From Octopus sinensis (Eukaryota), in the NCBI RefSeq assembly GCF_006345805.1, contig NC_043003.1, positions 43,214,001-43,278,000 of the forward strand: a DNA stretch of 64,000 bases. Reading direction: 5' to 3'. The position numbers were made by a program, and so were the translations under genes. Under the pieces are notes generated by a model. That model was not told the DNA's origin and did no database searches. It worked only from the letters and a program-made list of their open reading frames with translations. This document shows positions 1-10,775 of this stretch, in pieces. Numbering within the stretch: the stretch's first letter is position 1; every line of letters begins with the position of its first letter.

Positions 1-328
1 CCAATTCAAGATCACAGCATACATGTACACCGCAACATAATTTCTTTTCCCCAACAGGCCCTGCCCTATTTAACATTGTCCCGAAAGAGATCAAAGAGGA
101 AAAGGATCCCATCAACTTTAAACGGAGTCTGGATAGATTCCTTCAAGGAATACCAGATAAGCCACCCATAATTGGATACAAATCACCCAACAAAAACTCA
201 CTACTTGAATGGACCATAAACAAAACTTGACTTAAACAGGATTCAGATAATCCTATCAGGTGGTGCTATTAAGTTAGACATGGCCTGGACCAATCTCTGG
301 TCGAAACATATCTAAGTTTATCTAAGTT
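1..328 (+). mobile_element. 3' end of a CR1/L2-group LINE (ORF2 C-terminus, 3' UTR, tandem tail)
   Basis: Frame 3 (3-230) reads ...GPALFNIVPKEIKEEKDPINFKRSLDRFLQGIPDKPPIIGY...NSLLEW*, matching the CR1-type ORF2 tail (LFN.LP...FK..LD.FL..IPD.P). It ends in two copies of TATCTAAGTT (309-328). Confidence 0.7.
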
Positions 329-396
329 CATATATATATATATATATATATTGATGGCAATCCCTCAAGGTCGAGGATGATGGTCTTCGCGCAAAT

Positions 397-1161
397 TTAC
401 TGGTGAGTCCGTAGGTGACCGATAAGACCAATTCTTGCTTGAAAAGATCGGTCGCAATGCGGACATCTAGTGCCGGAAGGGAGAGTCGCACATGGTTGTT
501 GTTGGCGCTCCTTCCGTCGTCGTCTTTTCTCCTCCAGCTCTGCAGACATTTTCGACTCGAAAGTCGCCATTCCCTCATGGATGGTGGTTTTCCAGAGTGG
601 TCTGTTTTTTGCCGTTTCCTCCCAGTTAGTGAAGTCGATGTCACACTTTTTGAGGTTCGTTTTCAGGGAGTCCTTGTAGCGTTTCTTCTGGCCTCCTTTT
701 GTACGCTTGCCGTCTTTGAGTTGGGAGTAGAAGATCTGTTTGGGAAGTCGTTCATCAGTCATTCTAACGACGTGGCCGCTCCATCTTAGTTGGCCTTTGA
801 TGACATAGGCTTCGATGCTGGTCATGTTTGCTTCTTGCAGCACACTGACGTTAGTTCTTCTGTCTTCCCAGCTGATGTTAAGGATCTTCCGAAGACAGCG
901 TTGGTGAAATTTCTCGAGCGTTTTCAGGTGGTGACTATACGGGGTCCAGGTTTCGGATGCGTAAAGGAGGGTTGGAATAATGACTGCCCTGTACACCATA
1001 AGTTTAGTCTCGGTTCGGATGTCCCGATCAGCAAAAACTCTTGTTCGAAGCTTGCCGAAAGCTGTTCCTGCACACTTCAGACGGTGTTGGATTTCATCGC
1101 TGAGGTCTACCTTTGCTGACAGATGGCTCCCAAGGTAGCAGAAATGGTTCACATTTCCCAA
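397..1161 (-). pseudogene. RTE ORF C-terminus (RT thumb, C2H2 zinc finger)
   Basis: FCYLGSHLS, LLYASETWT, LEKFHQRCLRKIL, QLRWSGHVVRM...RLPKQIFY and terminal CPHCDRSFQARIGLIGHLRTHQ. Confidence 0.93.
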
Positions 1162-2856
1162 TGGAATTCCTTCGAGTTGAATCGATGGCGGGTTGTCAAC
1201 ACGGGCATGGGTTGGTAGAGTAAGTGAGTCTTCTTGATGTTGATGCTCAGTCCAAGTTTAGTATATGCATGATGATTTAAGATCTGTTGGAGGTGATCCT
1301 CTCTGTAAACTGCTACACTGTTGTCGTCGGCATATTGGAACTCTAGCAAGCTTCGCGCCATTGTCTTTGACGTACTTTCGAGGCGAGCGAGGTTGAAAAG
1401 CTTTCCGTCCATTCTGTACGAGATCTCGATGCCAGGTGGAAGGGCATCTCGTATGATGTGCAACACTGTCGCGATAAAGATGGTAAAGAGAGTTGGCGCT
1501 ATCACGCAGCCTTGCTTCACTCTGGAGGTGACTTTAAAGGGCTCAGAACTGCCTCCATCGGTCTGGACTCTGGCGTGCATATTGTCGTGGAGGAGTTTGA
1601 GGATCCGGATGAACTTATCTGGGCATCCATACTGGGCGAGAATATCCCAGAGGAGCTCTCGCGAGACACGATCAAAGGCTTTGGATAGGTCGATAAAGGC
1701 CAAATAGAGCGGTTGGTGTTGCTCACGACATTTTTCTTGTAGCTGTCGCAGCGTAAAGATCATGTCGGATGTGCTCCGTGATGGCCTAAAGCCGGTCTGC
1801 GTCTCAGGAAGGATCCTCTCTGACAGCGTTTTGAGGCGGTTGTTCAGGATGGGTGCAAGAATCTTCCCAGCAGTTGCTAATAAGTAAATACCCCGGTAAT
1901 TTCCACACTCAGAACGATCGCCCTTTCGTTTGTAAATGGTAATGATGTTAGCATCCCTGAAGTCGGATGGTACAATTTCATTTGTCCAGATTTCATTTGT
2001 CCAAGAGTTGGTGGAGCTGGTGATGGACAAAATCACCTCCCAGTTTGTAGATCTCAGCTGGGATTCCGTCAGGACCCGTAGCTTTGTTGTTCTTCATCAC
2101 TGTGATAGCAATTTTGACCTCTTCGAGGGATGGAATTCGAGCGAGAGAGTAATCTTTGGCCTCTTTAGGAATCATGTCAAGTATGCTTTTGTCGATGGTA
2201 GCCTTGTGATTGAGGAGGTCATCGAAGTGTTCTCTCCATCTGTCTCCTATTTCAGTGTTGCTTTTCAGGATGGTCGCTCCGTCTTTACTCTTCAGAGGAG
2301 CCTGTCCATGTGTGGAAGGTCCGTATATTTCTTTCGTGGCTTTGAAGAACCCTCTGGTGTCGTTTACATCTGCTAGCTGCTGGATTTCACGAGATTTGTG
2401 TCTCCACCACTGGTTCTTCAGGGTACGGGTTGTCCTTTGAACTGCGGCTTTGCACTTTTTGAAAGACTCTCGTTTAGTGGCAGACTTTGGATCATTCTGT
2501 GAGCTGATGAAAGATTTCCATTTTTGGTCGATCAGTTCTTTGAGAGCTTCATCATTGTCGTCGAACCAGTCCTGGTGTTTCCTTTTCTTGCGACCGATGG
2601 TTTCTTCGCAAGCGGTGATGATGGTTTCTTTCAGCTGGTTCCAATTTTCTTCGATGAGATGATTTGGAGTCTTAATTTGAAGATTGACCTGTAGGCGCTG
2701 CTGGAAAGCGACACGAGTTTTGGGTCTCGCAGTGCTTCGATGTTGAATTTCTTTACTCTGCTTTCCTTGCTGTGATATTTCACTTTTGGTCGGCGATGAG
2801 GCGATGATCTGTCCAGCACTCATCTGCTCCAGTGGCGGCTCTGGTGAGCAACACAT
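1149..2856 (-). pseudogene. RTE linker plus reverse transcriptase domain (frameshifted)
   Basis: KATGPDGIPAEIYK, NYRGIYLL, QTGFRPSRSTSDMIFTLRQLQEKCREQ, FIDLSKAFD, VKQGCVIAPTLF and QYADD motifs in ORFs 1993-2856 and 1149-2036. Confidence 0.95.
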
Positions 2857-3540
2857 CTTGTTGGTCTCGGGATCTCATGATGATATAGTCGATGAGATGC
2901 CATTTTTTAAAACTTGGATGCTGCCATGAGACCTTATATCGATTCAGGTTATGTTCAGCAAATTTGGTGAGTAGCAGAGTTCCATTTGCTTTGACTTTTC
3001 CCACTCCTTCCTTTCCGATGGTTCCAGTCCAGAGTTCACGATCTCTACCAACTCTGGCGTTGAAATCTCCCAGGAGAATGATCTTGTCGTCCTTTGGGAC
3101 GGTAGAGAGAATGCTATCAAGCTGGCTTTAAAACTCTTCCTTGACTAAATCCTCCGCGTCAAGGGTTGGAGCATACGCGCTGATGATAGTTGCGTGCTGA
3201 CTTTTGACAAGCTGGATTTGGAGGGTCATGAGTCGTGCGGACATTCCGATGGGCTGCTCTGTCAGTTTGGATAGGATGGTGTTTCGTATTTCAAAACACA
3301 CACCATGGATCCGTTGATGGTCGGGATCGTAACATTTCCAGGAATAAGGTGTATTGACCGCCTTCTTCTCTCAGCCGGCCTTCTCCGGCTCTCCGGGTTT
3401 CACCGAGAGCTACGATGTCAAAATTGAATCGATGGAGTTCCCGGGCGATGATTGCAGTTCGCCTTTCGGGTCTGACATTCCAGGTCCCGAATTTCAGCGT
3501 TGCGTATATTGATCTTGATTTTCGACCGCATGATGGTGAT
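2840..3540 (-). pseudogene. RTE apurinic endonuclease domain (disrupted)
   Basis: LKFGTWNVR, RRTAIIAREL, DIVALGETR, IISAYAPT, ILLGDFNARVG, WHLIDYII and CWTDHRLI motifs spread over several frames. One in-frame stop near 3128. Confidence 0.9.
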
Positions 3541-4053
3541 CCCTTTGGACGCGGTATTCCAGACAAGATTGGGTGAAGCAGACTATGTTTAAGGCACCTT
3601 TTCTAGCCCCTTCCCAATTCAGGGTGAGCAGAGTGGATCCTAAACAGGACTGCTCAGTCGTGGATACTGCTGCCGAACATCTTCCCTGCTCCTTCCGAAA
3701 GATAGAGGGACTGAACCATGTAACCACTGCATCCGTGCCGGTTCTGCACTAGGAGCCTCCAGCCTTCACGAGCCTGCTCCCGTCATCCATCGCCGATCGC
3801 CGAAAGACTTGGAAAGAAAAAGAATAGTGATGGCAAAGAGGCTGTGCGTGAAATTTTTTAACGTGTGCTTGAGGTCGCACGTCCAGTAAAGCAAACGTAA
3901 ACTTGACAGACCACCAACTTGACCCAATGGCAAGGTAAACCGAGACGATTGGAGTCGATGGTCTGCTGCAGCCTTCGTCCGCCTTCACAGCCGTTGAGTT
4001 GTTAAGGCGACTTCATGCGCCTGTTCCACTGTTGAGGACTTGATGACTCTCAG

Positions 4054-4140
4054 AGCCCCGTTTGCCGCTAGCACAGCTGGCTTGCTGTGCTCGCGTTGCC
4101 CAGTCTGCACCCCGTGGAGGAGGGGTTGAACTTTTGCAGA

Positions 4141-4142
<2 letters not shown>
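4054..4142 (-). ncRNA. HDV-like self-cleaving ribozyme at the RTE 5' end (putative)
   Basis: Minus strand: GGUCUGC(A)...CCCC UCCUCCAC GGGG (U)GCAGACU GGGCAAC GCGAGCACAGC AAGCCA GCUGUGCUAGC GGC AAA CGGGGCU. This gives P1 with a G1-U wobble, P3/L3 with a CC for P1.1, GGGCAAC, P4 and a G-C-A-A-A J4/2. P2 is imperfect. Confidence 0.7.
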
Positions 4143-4193
<51 letters not shown>

Positions 4194-4323
4194 TATTATA
4201 CACACACAAACACATATATATATACATATATATATTGCGGGACTTGCATCTTCGTATTGGAAAGTTCAACATAGAAATTTAAGTCAGGTCAAACTCATAC
4301 ACACACACATACATGTATGTATG

Positions 4324-4370
<47 letters not shown>

Positions 4371-4390
4371 TATATATATATGTATGTATA
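4143..4390. repeat. (TA)n / (CA)n / (TGTA)n compound microsatellite
   Basis: Directly visible tracts separated by a short unique spacer. Confidence 0.95.
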
Positions 4391-4906
4391 ACTCTCTCGA
4401 CCTTGCATCGTGAAGTTCAACTTCAATTCTTCTAGCCTCTCTCAGAATATGATTCGTGGTCTGTTATTTGACGGCCTGATATGAACATAACTAGGAGCTG
4501 TAGCATGAACGATCGAGAATAAATAATATTCACAGTGCCAACACGTATTGTTTTTCTCGATTATCACTTTGCATCAAATATTTTGCATCTGCTTCCGCTT
4601 TTAATGTGTCCACATACGTATATGCATTATTCATATATATTTCTGCAACATTTCAAAGAAATTTTACGAAAATTTATATATATTCCTAACAACATGGTCT
4701 GAAGGACGCATAATGTAATAGCACACCTTTGGTGCAAGTTTGATGAAGTGTCACTCCAATGTTTAAATCTTTAATATAATACGTGATTTGTTTTCATTTA
4801 GGATTTTCGCCTAATCTGACATTGCAAATGGAGATGGTGCAGAAAAATTTGCAACTTAAAATTAAAGATGTGTTAATGAATTTTCTACGCCATCTTCCTT
4901 TAATAT

Positions 4907-4967
<61 letters not shown>

Positions 4968-5419
4968 TATATATATTAACTTATAGACACACACACAATC
5001 ACACACGCATATACACTTACATATATGAAAAGAGCATACATGTACGAAATTTGAGCAGTAAATTCCCAACTTAGATGTTCTGCCAAAATGCTGCATAAAT
5101 GCTGCGTAAAACAAACATTGACCACAACCAAATTTCAAATAAACAAGATGAGCAATCTACCTAATGATATACATGTAAAGATATCACAGTGAATGCTTCA
5201 GACACTACAACGATTAAAAATACAAAAATCACATAATGTGCATCGTATGAAACGAATGTGGATAAGATATAGTATAGATGAGCACGGTTTAATGACGAAC
5301 AAATTTAATGAAACAGAACACAAAATCCATTACATTGTGTTAACGATAAACTATCACTAATAACCCGTTCAGAAAATCACTAAAATTAAAACATTCTAAT
5401 CAATAACAAACCACAAGTC

Positions 5420-5785
5420 TGATAATTTACGAAGATGTTGCTAATGACCTTTCATTTATAATTTCGAAAGCGAACGTGCAATTTGTAACTGTTATGACAG
5501 ACCATTATATTGAACACACACACGCATGGTATTTTCTGCGGCGAAATATGTATGGACAAGTGCAGTTGCAATGCGCCATGTCATATAATACAAAAAACAC
5601 ACTGAATAGGAAAACATTATTGGACAACATTTATATCCTACATAAAATGAATGTATTGCACATATTAAATCACAAAACTAAGATGGACACACAGAAAACA
5701 TGGGTTACTAAAATAAGTAACATACTCTATGCCGATGAACTAAAAATTGGTGTTAAAGCCTATACCAGTAACACACAATTGACTA
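5420..5785 (+). mobile_element. Highly decayed CR1-like RT relic
   Basis: ILYADELKI (5722-5748) resembles LFADDLKI. Upstream traces resemble DF.KAF and G.IIG..LFIL..N. Weak, by eye only. Confidence 0.3.
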
Positions 5786-5786
5786 C

Positions 5787-5874
<88 letters not shown>

Positions 5875-5895
5875 GTCTATCTATCTATCTATCTG

Positions 5896-5953
<58 letters not shown>

Positions 5954-5974
5954 CATCTATCCATCTATCTATCC

Positions 5975-6046
<72 letters not shown>

Positions 6047-6073
6047 GTCTATCTATCTATCTATATATATATA
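5787..6073. repeat. (ATCT)n tetranucleotide microsatellite (~280 bp)
   Basis: Direct reading, with ATCC and GTCT variant units. Confidence 0.98.
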
Positions 6074-6236
6074 GTTAATCCAAACAAGAAAGCACAAAAA
6101 AACACAACTACGTGAGGACGTGGAACAAATATAGTATTATTGGACGCTCAGGAAAGAAGGAAAGAAAGATCCACAGAATGGAAGATAGAGGAAAAAAATC
6201 GCCAACGGTACACACGAGGTCACACACACACACACG

Positions 6237-6294
<58 letters not shown>

Positions 6295-6520
6295 GGAGAG
6301 TATACGAAAATAACAAAACACGAAGACAGGTGGTGTACAAAACAAACAGATGTATTAGTATAACGCTCAGGAATAGAAAAAGTCTTTTAATTTTCGAGCC
6401 TACGCTCTTCTACAGAAAGTGACACAGAAAAAACAAGGAGAGGAACAAGGAGAGAAAAAAAGGAGAGAAAAAAGGAGAGAAAATGTGTAGAGTGGCTAAC
6501 AATCTATGTGTAAATGTATA
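6074..6520 (-). mobile_element. Penelope-like terminal-repeat fragments split by (CA)n/(TA)n
   Basis: Two related segments, each containing TATTA...ACGCTCAGGAA. The second carries a hammerhead-like TTTCGAGC-CTAC-GCTCTTCTACAG motif. Confidence 0.45.
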
Positions 6521-6949
6521 TATATGTATATATATATGGAACATTATTTAAGAAGTGCACTAAGGAAAGTGAGATATCTGGATTGCTATGAGAGCATTGA
6601 AGCTACGTGAAAAGTAGCTAACAGTAATGTGTACTAGGAATGAAAATACCTTTCTTACATAAAATACAGAAAATAATTGAGAAAGATAAAGCTACGACTG
6701 ATGGAACTAACATATCAAAACTAGATAACTGGCAATAACTTGCATGAGAACCAAGTGAATGTGGTCATCGTATCCAAGTACGATAATACAACGTTCAGCG
6801 GTAAAACAAGGGCAAGAATTGGTATATGAAAAGAAAATGAATTTGATGAGAATAGCCTTGACAAGGGCCAACTGGAACTCCTTTAACAATTGAAGTAGTC
6901 GCAGAAGAAACCGAAAGCCCTAATATAATTTAGTTGGAAAGGATTTTAT

Positions 6950-8126
6950 TAAACTTAAGTTGAAAAAAACAACAAAAATAAACAGTTTGAAAAGATAGCG
7001 TGTTAAAAATTCAATATGCCAACACATCGACACATAACAGGAGCTAACGTAATTACAGAAATGTTGAGAAGAAATAAGGGACAAACGAAGAGAGAAGATA
7101 CGAAGGAAAATAAACGACCTTAGACTAGTGGAAGCAGGGCAAAGAAAAGAAGAGAAAAGTAGATTAGCGAAAATACATCAAGGAAGAGAAAAGATACTGT
7201 GACAATAATCGAAGAATTCGATTAGAAGGTAAAGCTACCCAAATCAGAAAATATCTAGAAATGAACAGCAAGTATCAGCAAAATCATGTATTTCAACCAA
7301 AACAAAATTGTTTATTTGATATATTTGAAAGCGATGTTCTAAATGATGGCTTTAAACTAAATGTAGAAGAAAGTTCATTGGTGAAGATATTTGGGGAACA
7401 TATCAAACAAAATTAATACATAGTGGATAAAGTAAATTTGAAATTATACTGAAGATGCTGGAGCGGAAAAAGGCTTTAGCATCATGAAAAAAAAATATTC
7501 GAAAGTAATTAGAAAATATAGGAGAGTAGAAAGCAGCAGGCACAGATTTAGCTCATGATTATTGGTTGAAAGGGTTTATGAGCTTCCATGAAGCCATGGT
7601 GATGCAGTTAAATGATTGTCTCTTAAATCAGAATTTACTACAGTCTAACAAAAATAAGAATCTGTTTGATACTACAGAAGAAATAGGAAGGAAACGCTGT
7701 CTTGAGATACCGAACAATTACATGCCTACCACACTTATGGTAACTTCCCACAGGGATAACTATAGAAGAGGCATAGCAAAATCTCTATGCGAAACATAAT
7801 TAAGGAAGACCGAGATTCCTGCTGGAAAATGTGAAGGACGACGACAAATTAATCAATGATTGACAATATTGTCATGAGGAAAAGCACAACAAGATTTTAA
7901 AATGTATGTTTTGCGAGTATCGATTATAGGAATTGTGATTTAGCGGCACGTTTGTTATTCAGAAGATGCCTAAACTGCTTCAAGATTCGGGAAAAGGGAA
8001 ATGTTCATTAAAAGTACAATGCATCATTACAGAGTAGATTTAGCAGATTTAGCCGGTGGTAGAGATTAAGAGTTATATTAATCTGAAGAGGAATTTGCCA
8101 ATGGGACTCCTTCTCTCCCATTTTTT
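6950..8126 (+). mobile_element. R4/Dong-clade (RLE) LINE relic, 5' part of RT
   Basis: Decayed motifs DYWLKGFMSFHEAMVMQLNDCL, PNNYMP, DDKLI.IDNIVMR, ASIDYR and KR.I.Q.DSFSPIFF (cf. RGIFQGDSLSPLLF), ending at the TTAA at 8127. Confidence 0.8.
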
Positions 8127-8130
8127 TTAA

Positions 8131-10442
8131 CCCAATGAGAACGGTTTCTTATTTTTTTATCATCAACTAGGTTGCATTGACGGTAATCATCTTGGCTGAG
8201 ATGAGCAGTTAGCGCTCGACAATGGTTCGGCATATATCTACATCAACCACTTTAACCAGTTTACAGCAGAGATTTAATCGGTTGCCTGCGCGTGGCAACT
8301 GTGATCGCGCCGATTGAGGTCTGTACTCAGTGCGAGATAACGTTTGGCGTATATTTACATCAGTATATTTACATCTACTTTACTTAAACTAGATCCCTGT
8401 TCAGGACGCTAATGCCGTATTATTATTCCTGAATAAGATCACTCGACAGTAGACGTCAGATCAACTTCATTTACAATCACATGAATTCAAAAATTGGCTT
8501 TAGTGTGGTAGAGTTAAAAAAAATCAGGGTACAACACACAGTGGCATATCACATTGTGAACAATGGTATGTAGTTTCCTCTTTTTCCCTTTTGCTTTACA
8601 CACTGTGAATATCTTTGAGGCATTTGCTTTCTTAGCAGAGGGGGAAACAGTCAGGGAAAATGTCCACGTCCCTTCGCCATGCGGTGAGTAGAGAGCCTGG
8701 CGTGGGAAGGTCCACACATTCTGTAATTTGGCAGGTATGATGGTTCTGTCATTTCATGAAACAGTAGATTGCTTAATGTAAATCCATTCACCACACCGCC
8801 AAGCATCTAGCAAATCAAATGTGAGTTCAGGACACACATGTCAACTATATACAAGTAAATTTCTTTTGTACCATTTCAAACATTTCCTCACCGATTGTGC
8901 GTCGTCAGCAGCTGATCTGAGCGACCGACCCCACCAGTTCCTTCACTGTATGAAACAACTTCACTCTGTCTCATTATGTCATTACCGTCCGCATCTTGTT
9001 TCCTAGTTTCCTTCATGCTTGCAGAATGTATTATGGAGAACATGCAGACATTTATTTTGTCACTGCACATCAGAGCGGGAATGTCACTAACGGTGCATTT
9101 GTACGCTGTTTACAACTTTCGAAGTTCTATCTTGTAAAGATCGGGTGGCATGTTTCTCATTGTGCGTCCTCAGAGTCCTACAGGCATTAGTCTTCCTCGC
9201 CTGCAGCTGCAGGAAGAAGTCAATTAGAAAATCATTTGTCCATACAAATATTGTAGCCTTTGTCAAACAAGTTTTTATTCAGCGACAACACGACATCAGT
9301 TGACGCAAGAGTAGACGCTGGAAGATCCGATGTGTCCTGACGAGTGTAGATTTTGTATTTCCACGTGTACCCACAGGCTGTGTCAGTTGACTGCCATACT
9401 TTATGAACTGTGAATCCAAAGCAGGCACGTTTGGTCGGGTTGTATTGTTTGAACCGGAGCCTTACTTTGAATTCCCACAAATTCTCCTCCAAACAAATGT
9501 CCTGTGTGGGAACATATAACGTTCTGAAATTTTTAGCCACTTCGTCAACGATAGAACGTTTTATGAGAAGCCTGTCATACTGGTTCTCGCCTGAGTTGAA
9601 ATGTATTTTTAAAGAAGCACCAAAATTTCATCACTTGGGTTTGTTTCCGGAAGGAAAAGTGTCAGCGTGGCTGAATCCCGATTCCAATATGACACCAAGG
9701 TCGATTTCTTCACGATGCCAATCAATATCAGCAGGGCAAGCAGAACTTTGATTTTGTCCCCTGTGGTACGAAACCAATCACTGCCATGCCCGGGTTTGAT
9801 ATGGAATCACCATAGTCATTCATTTCGTTTGCTTTATATTGGAACATTTCATCTGTCAAAAACATTTCCAATGGTGAAATTCCGTGTTCAAAGCTTGCCT
9901 TTATGCCAGACAAATTAGTAAAATCATGTTGTCGGACGAAATTGTCGCTTATTCACCACACGACTTTATGTTGTCCAGGGCCATTCATTGCTGCTCGCTT
10001 GTACCTTATATTCTCCGGAATATTATCATCGCTATCGGAATCATCTGATTCTGAAATAAGAAAATACTCACTCTCCGAGTCATCGTCCGAACCGGAAGAA
10101 ATAACTGGTGAGGTGGTGTAGCTTGGTGTAGCATGGAGCGACGACCTTAAATTCGAGGAAACAGGACGTAATGACGAATTTTACGGAGCTGGAGTGGTAG
10201 GCCAGGACGACAATAAATTCGATGAAACAGGACACGATGACGAAGTTGACAGATCCAGAGTGGCAGGACCAGTCTATCGGGTTGTAAATATTTATATGAA
10301 ACATCTAATCGGTCTATCAGTTGGCAGGTAGACCGTTACTAACTCAGGCGACAGGTTCTATGTCACTCGTCGTATAATGAAGTCGACTTATATAAAGCAT
10401 GTATATTGCGTTCGAAAATTTACGTCAAACATTCTAAAAGAG
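8131..10442 (-). mobile_element. Full-length (2312 bp) decayed piggyBac DNA transposon with TTAA target duplication
   Basis: TTAA at 8127-8130 and 10443-10446. Termini CCCAATGAGAACG and (reverse complement) CTCTTTTAGAATG. Transposase remnant inside. The flanks rejoin into a continuous R4/Dong RT motif. Confidence 0.88.
8510..10270 (-). pseudogene. piggyBac transposase pseudogene
   Basis: Acidic N-terminus SGSDDDSESE...SDDSDSDD, LILIGIVKKSTLVSYW, DICLEENLWEFKVRLRFKQYNPTKRACFG, LFDKGYNICMD, GGVGRSDQLL, KWYK and a C-terminal Cys-rich domain. Many frameshifts and stops. Confidence 0.92.
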
Positions 10443-10446
10443 TTAA

Positions 10447-10520
10447 TGGTAACATACCAAAAGAATGTCAACCATACCACTGAAAAGTTAAGAACGAATA
10501 CCGATTAGGAATAATTAAAT
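10447..10520 (+). mobile_element. R4/Dong relic, middle sliver between piggyBac and SINE
   Basis: Joined to 8126 across one TTAA it reads ...SPIFF-LMV.IP (cf. SPLLFVLAMIP). Confidence 0.55.
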
Positions 10521-10770
10521 GTAAAGTTCCTTCCCGAGTCATAGTCTCATGGGTTCGGTTTCCATGTTTCCGTAGCTTATATATTCCTTACCTGAATGGG
10601 ACGCCGGTCCGTCGCAGATTTACTCATTTTTGCCAGCTGAGTGGACTGGAACAACATGAAAATGAAGTGTTTTGCACAAGAACACAACTTGTTACCCGAT
10701 CCAGGAATCGAAACCACAATCTTACGGTCGTGCATTCAACACACTAACCACTAAGCCACGCGATTCCACG
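10521..10770 (-). mobile_element. tRNA-derived SINE (CORE-like centre)
   Basis: Minus strand: A box TGGCTTAGTGG, B box GTTTCGATTCC, then TTCTTGTGCAAAACACTT...CCAGTCCACTCAGCTGGC. Same family as 33845-34107. Confidence 0.85.
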
Positions 10771-10775
10771 TATAG

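Larger units (their letters stand above)
351..4142 (-). mobile_element. Near full-length (~3.8 kb) RTE-clade non-LTR retrotransposon, inactivated, inserted in (TA)n
   Basis: In order on the minus strand: 5' UTR, APE endonuclease, RT, C-terminal C2H2 finger, then a ~45 nt 3' UTR. (TA)n abuts both ends (330-351 and from 4143). Several frameshifts, stops and small deletions. Confidence 0.95.

Noticed and set aside
415-2662. Plus-strand ORFs of 70-146 aa overlapping the RTE
   Set aside because: Antisense shadows of the RTE coding sequence with no recognisable motifs.
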